A stretch of 55,695 bases of DNA from contig NC_068989.1 in assembly GCF_001194135.2 (NCBI RefSeq), positions 65,010,379 to 65,066,073 of the forward strand. Direction: 5' to 3'. Under the pieces are notes generated by a model. It was not told where the DNA came from and ran no database searches. It was given only the letters and a program-made list of their open reading frames with translations. Each line of letters begins with the position of its first letter. The first letter of the stretch is position 1. Below are positions 13,371 to 24,998 of the stretch, piece by piece. Position numbers and translations under genes: made by a program. The stretch is from Octopus bimaculoides (taxonomy: Eukaryota).

Positions 13371-15051
13371 CCAAAAAATACCTTAGTAACATACTTAGAT
13401 GTCACATCTTATTCTTATAACACTAGGGCCATGTGCAAGTTGCTGAAACGTCAAAAATGACAGAAGAATGAACCACGACGCGTCCTGATCGAAAACTCTC
13501 TGTCACCAGTGAATGCGTAGCATATACGTCTCTCAAGCCATACAGTGCTAAAAAGTAGTCTTCATATCTCTATATACAACATAAGACAAAAGCAAATTGG
13601 TAGTGTGTGGGTCACAAATCACGTATTCTGATTGCATATCAGACACTTGTGGACATAATCTTGTGGTTTCAGTTGTTCCATTAACTACACTTTTATGCTT
13701 CGTAACTTATAACAACACTATAGATAAAATGAGTTTCAGAAAATACATTCCTGTGTAACAAATGCTTGACTTATGATTATTCCAATGTAGAAAGTAGATG
13801 CCAAGCTAAATTCCATTGGGTTTCTATAAGAGATTGGGTGAATACATTTAGAGAAGCCGCAACAGATATTGCATCAGATGGCATTAAATATTAACATCAC
13901 ACTTTGCAGATTCTTCATTAGAGTTACATCAATCCAGAAATAGTAAAGAACATCAGAACTGCATCTATAATAAACTACGCGTTTGCAGAAGATTATACAA
14001 AGCACAAAACGAGAGGTCTCGAAGCGGGAGAGTAGGGGAATATAAAATATCCTTAATGAAAGCAAAAACATCTATGTCAAGAAAGGCTGAAAGTATGTGA
14101 GATGAATAATTAAGAATCATAGGGCATAAAATTTTTATGATAGATTAAGAATCACACAGCAGAAATTGCGACATGAAAGAGGCTGTTAATACGGTGGTTG
14201 ATGAATTTCTAATCAAAAGTGTCAGCCCTGACATTAGCTCACTATTTATTATTTTTGTTGAAAAATGCATTTAAATAATCGATAAATGTACTGGCATTGG
14301 GAGTAAATCTCTTAGCTTATAAATATAGGTTTCAAGTTCAAATACATTGCAGTGTTTATCTATATTCAGGATTAAGACACCGTTGATAAACCAGCAGACA
14401 TCTCGGCCACTAATAGTAACAGCCTGATGCACTACTCCTTCGTCGCGCAACTGGGAAAAAAAGGAGTGTAGCCGAGGAAAGTGACAAAACTGTCTGTCTG
14501 TGTGTCTGTACAAAAGAACAAGAGAAGCTAAAACTCTTCTCCCAAAGCAAGTCAATGCAACTAAAACAAGTGAAGAGGACATGTTTCCTTGCCGCTCAGT
14601 CAGTTATAAAATTCAACGAGTTACACTCGGAGAGCGATGCAGTTGCATAGAGGATGTTCTGCCCTTCCAGTGAACCTTATGAAAGGTGAACTAGGGGAAC
14701 TACAATTAACCTCATTGATGGGCCTTCTCTTAGCGTGTGTTTGTAAGCCGCGTATTACAACTAAGAGTGGCTTCTTGCTTTTGGTAGTCTTGGAAATTCC
14801 AGATGGGTTGGGTTGTTTATGTTCCTCTAGATCGTTGTTTCTATATATAGTTTCCTCACATTTTGTTTTTATTTTTTATGTATGCCTTCAGTTTTTCATA
14901 ATCGATTCTGCCTAAAAAAGGCTGTGGGAGCGGGAAGTAACCAGTTTTATGGACATAAGGACGGCTTTTTTTCATTTCTTTGACTTGATCATATTGTGGC
15001 TTTCCTTTTTGACAGCAATGGTTCATGTTCAGCGTTACTATTGTGGCTGCT

Positions 15052-15201
15052 CTTCTTCTTCTTCTTCTTCTTCTTCTTCTTCTTCTTCTTCTTCTTCTTC
15101 TTCTTCTTCTTCTTCTTCTTCTTCTTCTTCTTCTTCTTCTTCTTCTTCTTCTTCTTCTTCTTCTTCTTCTTCTTCTTCTTCTTCTTCTTCTTCTTCTTCT
15201 T
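15052..15201. repeat. (TTC)n microsatellite
   Basis: About 50 perfect units. Confidence 0.98.
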
Positions 15202-15231
15202 GTATCGTCCGTCTTTACGTCCTGACATTGA

Positions 15232-15680
15232 CCTCAGACTCTACGCAATATGCGAGCAGTTCCAAGTGATGCCGATTTTTGCAATACATCTAGATTGTAG
15301 AGTATCTCTAAGGTTTTCAGATGTTTCTTCAGATTGGGTGGCATTGAACCCAATGCTCCGATGACAATAGGGATAACTTTTATGTTTGACTCTCGTAGCT
15401 GCCACATCTTAGCCTTCTTAATTCTCAGGTCTCCCTATTTATAAAACCTTTTCATTTTCTTTCATGATCATATGTTGTTCTCCTGGTACTGCTACGTCGA
15501 TTGTTAGGCACTCTTGTTTGTCCCTCCTAAATGTTGCTATATCCGACCTTCGGTGCTCAAACAACTTGTCTATCTGGAAATCAAAGTCCCAGAGGATTTC
15601 TGCTTTTCCCTTTTCATTCATTACATTTTCCGTTGTATGTTGGTACCAAGCACCCGTAACCTAATATCAATACTTACAGC
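15232..15680 (-). mobile_element. RLE-type (R4/Dong-like) 3' fragment, family C
   Basis: Minus strand reads WYQHTTENVMNEKGKAEILWDFDFQIDKLFEHRRSDIATFRRDKQECLTIDVAVPGEQHMIMKE...; 5' end abuts (AAT)n on its sense strand. Confidence 0.9.
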
Positions 15681-15681
15681 A

Positions 15682-15725
15682 TATTATTATTATTATTATT
15701 ATTATCATTATTATCATGATCATCA

Positions 15726-15792
<67 letters not shown>

Positions 15793-15850
15793 CATCCTCA
15801 TCATCATCGTCGTCGTCGTCGTTGTTGTGTTGTTATTATTATTATTATTA
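15682..15850. repeat. (ATT)n/(CAT)n compound microsatellite
   Basis: Directly visible. Confidence 0.95.
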
Positions 15851-15899
15851 TTTCAAATTCCATATTTCAAATTTCAAATTTCAAGCCCCTAGTGCATTC

Positions 15900-16068
15900 C
15901 TTCTGACTCTACGTTCTGGTTTCAATCTCCACTGGGGTCATATTTGCTTTGCCTCCTTACGGGGTCGATAAAATAAAATAATCATGTAAGTACTGCCTCG
16001 ATGTATCCGACTTGCCCCAACCTCTTAAAATTATTGGTCATGTACTAAAATTTGACACAATGATATTA
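15900..16068 (+). mobile_element. 5'-truncated SINE family B (CORE-like)
   Basis: ctacgttctggtttcaatctccactggggtc...ggggtcgataaaataa...cgatgtatccgact...ggtcatgtactaaaatttg. Confidence 0.7.
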
Positions 16069-16071
16069 TCA

Positions 16072-16385
16072 AGGTAGGGAGCTGGCAAATCCGTTACCGC
16101 GTAGGACAAAATTCTTAATGACATCTCTTCCATCTTTCTATGTTCTGAGTTCAAATTCCTCCGTGGTCGATTTCGTGTCTCATTCAGACGTTTTAATAAC
16201 GCTCCTTCTTCCTCTGTAACAGTTTGTCCATCCACAACGTAAAATTTGCCATCGTCAGTCGTAGTCGATTTTGCCTTTCATCCATTCAGGATCAATAAAG
16301 TACCAGTCAAGTTCTGGGATCGGATGTAATCGAATAACGCCTTCAATAAAATTTGCTGCTCTTGTGTCAAAATCAAAACAGAAAA
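16072..16385 (+). mobile_element. SINE family B copy interrupted by a 90-bp insertion
   Basis: Head gagctggcaaatccgtta...ttctgagttcaaattcc; body resumes at tgcctttcatcc...aagtaccagtc. The insert 16174-16263 is flanked by gtcgattt on both sides. Confidence 0.85.
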
Positions 16386-16695
16386 AAAGAATATCATTGT
16401 TATTTGCGATGTTGCAGTTATCCTCTTCTTTGTCACATCACTTGTATCACATTGCTGTCAATGCTGTCAGTCAAGTCGCTGTATGTCTTCCTTTGCTGCG
16501 ACTATTTTTATCATCACCTTCCGTTCCCACTGAAGGAAAGTATGTTGACATTGCCAGAGTAACGTGTAAAACCTTTCAACAAACTGATGTGTGGAAACGT
16601 TACACTTACAAGTAAAAGAAACGCAATGAATTTAAGAAATGTCTTTGAACATATAACATAAATACTGTGAGTAATTACAACCCAAGACACTGAAC

Positions 16696-16734
<39 letters not shown>

Positions 16735-16910
16735 TAAAACTATAAGTATACATTACTATGTTTTATTCAAAATTTGCTGAAGAGATGCGTTAAAAATAAA
16801 TAAATAAATAAAATTCTTGTAAATATTCTGTTTTCGATTATATAATTTATTCACAAACATAGACATGCACTTATAATATCTAAGTCTACATTGTGTGTCT
16901 TTGATATTAC

Positions 16911-17060
16911 TCAGAGGAACGTAGGTAGTACATTTAGTAGTTGGTATGATTTATTGCTTTGTCTAGAGCAATGTTTATTGAAACTGATGATGTCATGTTG
17001 TAATGTATTTGAGCCGGGAAAATTCACTCTTTGAGGATGCGATAGCGAAACCTCTTGCAG
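16911..17060 (-). pseudogene. Possible RT thumb-domain remnant of an APE-type LINE
   Basis: RVNFPGSNTLQHDIISFNKHCSRQSNKSYQLLNVL resembles the pattern VKFLGxxLDxxLxFxxHIxxxxxKAxxxLNxL. Confidence 0.35.
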
Positions 17061-17573
17061 ATAAGGTGGTGTGAGAGGGTAGCAGTTAATGTATTTATTC
17101 AGAGCCAGGTTTATTATGGTTATTGATGACGTCACTGTAGTAGATAGTACAGTTGAGCGTTGACAAATCGTTGGAGGATTTGATAGTGAAACCTTTTGCA
17201 TATGCACCGTTGCGAGAAAGTAGCGACCAGACTGAGGGAAAGTAACGTCCTGTTTAGCTCCTGGTCAGTTACGGGAATGCGAAATCTATCAGCCAGAGAG
17301 TTTCACTAATAATCGTATCCTATTTTAGATCTACAAAATCGAAGTGTCCTTTTTAAAGAGATAAAATTGTAAAGAAGAACGATTGTGTAGCGGTTTCCTG
17401 ATTGGTTCAGAGTTTTGTTGATTTTCTGCATGTGTCTGTTTGTATCACTGAATTTGCATGTGTATATATTTGTTTGATATTAAATGGTTGGCTCCTTAGA
17501 GCGTTGGATAAAATGCATTGCGATATTTACTCAGACACTTAGTACAATATATATATATGTCGACATAGACATA

Positions 17574-18846
17574 ACAGGTCATCCCATAAGTCCGATTTTA
17601 CCTTTTTTCTTTTTAATTGAATGAAATTTAATAGTATTTTAGAATATCTAATGGAATTTAAAATTATTTTTATGCATTTGTGTATATTTAAACTAATTAA
17701 ATATTATTATACATAATAATAGAATTAAAATTTGTTTGAATAAAACCCTTTCTAACATGGAAGTATCCAAAGAGCATTTGAAGCATATAATGAATTATGA
17801 GTACAAAAAAAAAAAAAGACACTCTGCAGCCGAAGTGACTCGAAACATACACTCAGTTTATACGAAAAATGCTTGAATGAAAGAACTTGCAGAAGATGGT
17901 TTGCAAAATTCAGAAGTGGAGATTTCAGCCATGAAGATGAAGATCGAACAGAACATCCGGTTGAGTTTGATGATAAGCTCCTTGAGGCATTACTTGAAGA
18001 AAATCCTGCATTATCAGTTGAAGAATTGGCAATGAAGCTTAGTTCAAACCATACAACTGTTCATCGTCATCTTCAACAACTTGGAAACCTTCCTAAACTT
18101 GGAAAATGGGTGCCTCATGAATTGTCCGAAAGCAACCGCGAATCCCGAGTTGACATCTGCTCTTCTCTCTATTTTCGCGAACTTATTCCACCCTTTTTGG
18201 ATAGAATTGTGACTTGTGACTGGTGACGAAAAATGGATCTTCTATCGAAATGTTAAACGTAGTAAATAGTGGTTTGGTGAAAGAGAAAAAGACTCAATCA
18301 CAACCGAGAAGGTAACTTCATGGGAAAAAGGTTCTTCACTCTATCTGGTGGGATTGCAAAGGAGTAATTCACTTTGAATTGTTATCACCTAATGCAACAA
18401 TCAATGCTCAAGTCTGTTGTCAGCAATTAGAGCGTTTGAACCAAACTTTGACGAAAAAAAAGACCCACTTTAGTGACTCGAAAAGGAGTCACTAAAGGAC
18501 AACGCATGACAGAAGATCGAAGAGCTTGGTTGGGAAAAAATTCCTCATCCACCTTATTCTCCCAACCTTGCTCCTTCAGACTACCATTTGTTTCGTAGTT
18601 TACAGAATCATTTGAGGGACATAACTTTCGCAAGCCAGGAGAAGGTCGAAACTGACATTTCAGAGTTCTTCGCTTTGAAACCAAAAGAGTTTTACATTGA
18701 TGGGATTAAAAAGCTTGTAAATAGATGGAAGGAAGTCATAGATAATCAGGGAAAGTACATTGATGATCAAATTTCAATTAAATATAAACATTTGATCACT
18801 TATTTTCTTCATTCAAAATTCGGACAGAACTTATGGGATGACCTGA
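17574..18846 (+). mobile_element. Full-length defective mariner transposon (about 1.27 kb)
   Basis: TIRs caggtcatcccataag...tccga and tcggacagaacttatgggatgacctg, with TA on both flanks (17572-17573, 18847-18848); size typical of mariner. Confidence 0.95.
17757..18780 (+). pseudogene. Mariner (DD34D-type) transposase pseudogene
   Basis: MEVSKEHLKHIM...ERTCRRWFAKFRSGDFS...WVPHELS...VTGDEKW...DNA...HPPYSPNLAPSDYHLFRSLQNHL...GKYIDD. Disrupted by a poly-A slip, a gtgact duplication, a stop and a deletion after the second Asp. Confidence 0.93.
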
Positions 18847-19528
18847 TAGATATATGCATTGTATGTATGGATGGATGGATTTATGTATATATGTAAAAGA
18901 GTGAGAAAGAGAGAAACGAAGAGGAGAATAAAATAAGCACCAGTTGCACACGTAGGTCGATATAATCAACTGATATCCTTCCCTGAAATTTCAGGCCTTG
19001 TGCATATGAATATTGGAAAGATATGAATATTGTTAGTTCCTAAGAAACTTTTAGGGACCAGGTGTAGTGTTTCAGAGCTGAATCAAGAAAATTAATAATA
19101 GAGATTGGTTTGATGATAATGATGCCAATATCAACCAGCTACTGGGAATAAAACACTCCCTTTTCCAATATCTGTTAGACCGGAACTTGCAAAATCGATC
19201 GACTGCTGAAAAGAGATTTAAACCGGTTAGGGCAACTGTGCAGCGAAAGCTGAGAAGGATTAAAATCAGATGAAGTGTGAGTGAAATATGGTAGGTGGAA
19301 ACGGGTGGACTATACGTGTTATTCAAATGTCCACCCATATCGGATTGTGTTACAGAGATTCAAGCGTGAGAATTACTTTAAACGTATACGAATCTGTAGA
19401 ATACTCGGCAACTTTGCACGCTGTTCCAGTAGTGTTTCACTCGATCGAACAAATATGAATTTTACCTAAGTCTTCACACCTACATCTCTACATATGATCA
19501 CGTGCCTCATTCAGGTGTGTATATATGT

Positions 19529-19567
<39 letters not shown>

Positions 19568-19664
19568 CGTGGGTGGGTGAGCGTGAATGTGTGTATATGT
19601 GTGTGTATAAACATTCTAAGCACATACACTCTGATTAAAGAAATGTGTGTACATACATATATGC

Positions 19665-19700
<36 letters not shown>

Positions 19701-20012
19701 GTGTGTGTGTGTGTGTATATTTTACTAAATATAAATGCATATACATATACATATACATATGTATATACACATACATAAATAGATTCATCCATCCATGCAT
19801 ACATACATATGTCTATATTTCTATGTATGTATGTATGTATCTATATATATATTTATTGAATATAAACATGCACACACACAGACACACGCACACATCCAGC
19901 TGTAGAAACTCTGCCAAATTAGATTGGAGCCTGGTGCTGCCATCCGGTTTCACCAGTCCTCATTCAAATCGTCCAACCCATGCTAGCATGGAAAGCGGAC
20001 GTTAAACGATGA

Positions 20013-20056
<44 letters not shown>

Positions 20057-20486
20057 CCATCCATCCATACATACATGCATGTATCTATATATATGTATGT
20101 ATGTGCGTATACACACACAAACACACGCACACACGTTTCTGTAATCAGAGAATGTGTGCAGAACATTTATTTGTAATGCAAAAGTGCAACGTAATGTCAT
20201 ATGACGTACAGTGGACACAGAGAATTGACAGTCAATGATTTCCTAAGAAACAGTACAGTAGCAGTTAAATTGCTGCTGTTCATAGTTTTTTGTGTATCAG
20301 GGTTGACCACTATTCGTATTGCGATATTGTTTCTGTATGAATCTGAAGTATGTGATATTTTATGAAATAATATTTAGATATCATACATTTGATCACACGG
20401 CATAGGTCAGACTGAGGTTGGGGTTTGTGTTGGTGCTATTAGCTTTACTTTACAATATCAAATATCCTATACCTATATATGTTTAT

Positions 20487-20534
<48 letters not shown>

Positions 20535-21345
20535 ATGCGTGCGTGTGTGCGTATGTGTGTGTGTCTGTGTGTGTGTGAACGTATATGTGTGTGTGTGTGT
20601 GAACGTATATGTGTGTGTGTGTGTGAAGGTGTGGAAGTAGAAAGAGAGAGGTAAGAGAAAATTTGTACAAACATAAATATATACGCAATGTTTATAGAAA
20701 TAGATGAGTAGCGTTTGATTAATGCCAACGCAATTACGACTTAATATTATGCAGTTTTATATAAATAATTAAGCGAAGTATAGTGGGTTATCCATTGTAT
20801 AATATTTGAAGTTCTAAAAGTTAGAACAAATTTAATGCATTAATTATAAAATATATATATTCGCCTCCTACGTCTCATGAATAATAAATCTCCGTCGTAT
20901 GTATGTTTGCTACATAGAATATCGTTAAATGTGACGTAGGTTGTTCCTGCGATTATTAATGGGTCTTTGTGGTTTTATGCATGTTTACAATCCAGTAAGA
21001 TATCATTTATAGCTTTTAGGTTACCGATAAATCCATCGTTAACATAAAACTCAATTAATTTATTTAATTATGAACGTTAAATATTAGACTATTTAAGTGG
21101 GTTTCTTAATAATGTTGTTGAAAATATAGCCGAGTAAAGGATTTAAAACGAGCTATATCATTAAAATTTGAAGATGAATAATTTTAAGTAATTTCATAAC
21201 ATATTCATATTTATATAATCAAATACAATCATTAGACGTTGCCAAAACAGATATTTTTTTTTCGGAATTTAAATAACTTTCAACCACATCGGTTTCAGAT
21301 GCAACAGAAATAAAGACAAAACATATATGCTGAACAGAATACATA

Positions 21346-21557
21346 CGAATGGGCACTGAAAAGTTCTTGCTTTTAAGGCTGTCGCGAAAGGCCTGGCTAG
21401 TGGGCCAGCATTTCGAGTTCCTTTACAAGGTTTAGAAAAGCTGAAGGGCCGCTCCCATAAGTGTGTCAATCTGGGAGGGGAATATGTGAAATAAAATCAT
21501 AACTGATTCTCCTGTAATCTCTTTTACCCGAAGACAGGAACTTTTCAGCATACCTCG
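21346..21557 (+). mobile_element. Mariner-derived MITE (non-autonomous)
   Basis: Ends TA-cgaatgggcactgaaaagttc and gaacttttcagcatacctcg-TA; retains transposase-end remnant KCVNLGGEYVK; homologous to 54303-54478. Confidence 0.85.
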
Positions 21558-21604
21558 TATATACTTATAAACATATCTCAGTCTATACGTATGTGTGTAT
21601 GTGT

Positions 21605-21628
21605 TTCTATCTATCTATCTATCAATCA

Positions 21629-21693
<65 letters not shown>
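21605..21693. repeat. (TATC)n microsatellite continuous with the SINE A 3' tail
   Basis: On the SINE sense strand the tail gtaaaagaatag runs directly into (ATAG)n. Confidence 0.93.
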
Positions 21694-21694
<1 letters not shown>

Positions 21695-22210
21695 TCTTTT
21701 ACTTGTTTCAGCCATTTGATTGCAGCCATGCTGGAACACCGCCTTTAGTCGAACAAATCGATCCCTCGACTTATTCTTTGCAAGCCTAGTACTTATTCTA
21801 TCGGCCTCTCTTTGCCGAACCGCTCAGTGTCGGGGATGTAAACGCATCAACATCGGTTGCCAAGCGATGGTGGGGGGGGGGGAGAACAAACACACACACA
21901 CACACAAACATACATACATGCATGCATGAATACATACAAACATACATAGCTACGTACATCCATCCATCCATCCATACATACATACATACATACGTATGTA
22001 TGTATGCATGTACGTATGTATGCATGCATGTATGTATGTATGTATGTATGTATGTATGTATGTATGTATACGACGGGCTTCTTTGAGTTTCCGTCTACCA
22101 AATCCCGAGGCTATAATAGAAGACTCTTGCCCTATTTACGATGCACTGGGACTGAGCCCGGAACCATGTTGTTAGTAAGCAAGCTACTTACCATGCAACC
22201 ACTTCTGTGC
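21691..22210 (-). mobile_element. Near-complete tRNA-derived SINE family A with internal microsatellite
   Basis: Minus strand: head agtggttgcatggtaagtagcttgct...ggttccgggctcagtccc, body agacggaaactcaaagaagcccgtcg, internal (TACA)n/(TG)n, CORE-like block gatagaataagtact...gatcgatttgttcgact, and tail ggcggtgttccagcatgg...gaaacaagtaaaagaatag. Confidence 0.93.
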
Positions 22211-23437
22211 TTATCTATACAACTTTGTAATAATAATAATAATTATTATTATTGTTGATATATATATATATATATATCTTTCACACACACACATACACAC
22301 ACACATACACACGCACACACGCACACATACAACACACACACATACACATACACACACACACATGCGCATACACACACAGGAATATATATTTCTCAAACGG
22401 ATTGATTTATAAATAATTTGGAACATTTGGACATGTTATAAGATACTGAACTCCCACGCAAAGGGTTAGTGTTTCGCATCCTATTATCTGCTGCATTATT
22501 TTTGGCGTGGCTAATTCATTTAATAGATAACGATTACGTCAGCCAAGCTTTTTATAGTTATGGCAGAGTGTTACAGGTCGTAAGTGTTAGAACAAGTATA
22601 CAGTGGCGTCTGAAAAATCATATAGAGTTTTGTTTTCATGTTGTACAATCAGTCTTTAATGTTTGCTCACAATTAGGGTCGGAGTTCTTTGGTTCGACAT
22701 GAAAGAGATAAGCTGTAGACAAGAGAACATTTTCATCGATACTCACAAGATACATGCGTATTGAAGTTCATTCACTGTTACAACTACTATTACAATACAC
22801 ACACCTACAGCTAAGAACTACAGATACATTGCAATATTAGGAATAAATCTAAGAACGTTGAGATAACAATCTATGTGAATGAATTTAATCCACCATTTTA
22901 TAGATACAGCCAAAATAAGTCAAATGGTTATAAACAGGTATTTTTATGTTAGTAGAAATAAAATGAGGGATTTCATATAGAAGGTGTGAAGACTTTCTAA
23001 AAGAAATGTTTTATGGGTATCCAGAAGAATATGGTAAATTCGAAAGAGCTATAGAGAATATACTAGGAATCTTTTATAGAAATATACTATAGATTATGCA
23101 TGTTTTTATTCTGATTCTGAAATTTACACAATTAAAATATTAGAGAGAAAAGTATTCCAATGAATTATACCGCACATACGTAATGATACTAACTAAAACT
23201 TATATGCAATCCCCGAAGTAAATGAGGTTTTCGGATGTAAAATCTTCAATGTTTTAGGGAATATAAGCATGTTTCGTGGTGTGGAAATGGACCATTTAGA
23301 GCAACAGGCATTTAATAGTTTATTCCACCGCTGCACAAGAGTAAAAACTGGGAATAGTCTTAAAGTGGTAAGAATATTTCTACGTTAGAGGAATCTCTAC
23401 GATTTGAAATATCTAAGCATGTGTATCTTTCTTACCC

Positions 23438-23502
<65 letters not shown>

Positions 23503-23600
23503 CTCTCTCTTTCTTCTCTCTCTTTCTTTCTTCTCTCTCTCTCTCTTTCTTCTCTCTCTCTCTCTCTCTTTCTTCTCTCTCTTTCTTCTCTCTCTCTCTT

Positions 23601-23654
<54 letters not shown>
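23438..23654. repeat. (CT)n-rich polypyrimidine microsatellite
   Basis: Directly visible. Confidence 0.97.
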
Positions 23655-23656
<2 letters not shown>

Positions 23657-24957
23657 ATGAAATGTTATATACACACACATATGTAGGGTGAGAGAGGGAG
23701 AGAGAGAAGGAGAAAAAGGAGAGACAGAGTGACAGAGAGATGGAATGATCAATCTCTACAACTCACTATGTAATTCTCTGCCTTCCTTCAACTGTAAGAA
23801 TATTTTATTTTCATTTAACATCATTTCACAATAGTCCTGGCGATTTACTTGCTGTCTATATATAGCCTGTCCTAAGTGTGTATTTAATTTTCAAATAGCA
23901 ATCTTTCTCTTCCCTTTCTTTCACAATGTAACAAAAGCAATCTCTCTGAATGGCTGGTGTCTTTACGCAACATGTGTAGATGAACGATTTTCCGAAGCAG
24001 AACTAATCAAGAAAATCTAAGGGAGTTAAATGTGAGATCAGAAACTGTAATAGTCCAATAACGCAATAAGATACCACGACACGTCTATTTTCTATTTTTA
24101 TTTATTTTGTTTATTTTATTTTATTTTTTTATTTTTTTATTTTTTGTAATTTTTGGACATCTGAAACAATATCCTGTGAATAAGCCTAATCTGTCTAATA
24201 TATCGATTTCCAGTAGAACAGTTGAACCTAATCTATTGCAACTTGGATCAAATATCCTGTATATAAGAAACCATTAGTTGAAAGCTTTCATAGTAAAAGT
24301 TCATCTGAGAATGTAAGGCTTTCAACTCAAGGATAATCTTTGAGATATAGGTTGATAAATGCAGGAGAATCCTGTATCTACATCTCATTTATTTCTAATG
24401 TTTGCTTCCCCGACAACACAAAATTCTGCAATTCATACAATAATCACTGGCATTCATTTATGTATTTTTCTCTGCAGGTTTCATACCTCCTGCATTGCTT
24501 TTGGTTTACTCTTTAACGTTTACACATAAATAATGAAACACCATGAATCAAATAAGAGACATTCAGCTGTGCGTCTGTCTGCCAAATACGCTACTACTTT
24601 CTCACTACATCATAACCACAAACGACCAGCATAGACGACAATACCTGACGTTTGTCTGTCTGTCTCTTTCTTTCCATACGGTGACAACATCCACATAATC
24701 ATACAATAGTTATCAACACCTTACACAAAAAAATTATGAATTTAAATATTTTGATACAAATGTTATAAATAAAGGATATCTGTATAATATTGGAAACTAA
24801 CTCTGATCTATGTATGAACAACATCCCGCTGAGAGTTCATAAATACTGAAATATTGTGTTGCATCTCCTCGAAATAACATTTTTATATTAGTCTTCGAGT
24901 TTAGAATTCGTAGTATTCTCAAACTACAAGAGCAATTGAGCTACGAATAATGCAATG

Positions 24958-24996
<39 letters not shown>

Positions 24997-24998
<2 letters not shown>

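Noticed and set aside
14423-14485. CTGATGCA-hairpin-GAGGAAA as a hammerhead
   Set aside because: The core is broken by extra bases (CUGAUGCA; ccgag before GAAA), and no stem I or palindromic stem III is present.
11200-17060. APE-like (11.2-11.7 kb) and RT-like (16.9-17.1 kb) remnants as one LINE
   Set aside because: On the minus strand RT would precede APE, the wrong order for a single element.
24440-24660. Splice-like signals (plus-strand tttttctctgcAG; minus-strand gag/GTATGA)
   Set aside because: Signals conflict in strand and all frames close quickly; no supportable exon.
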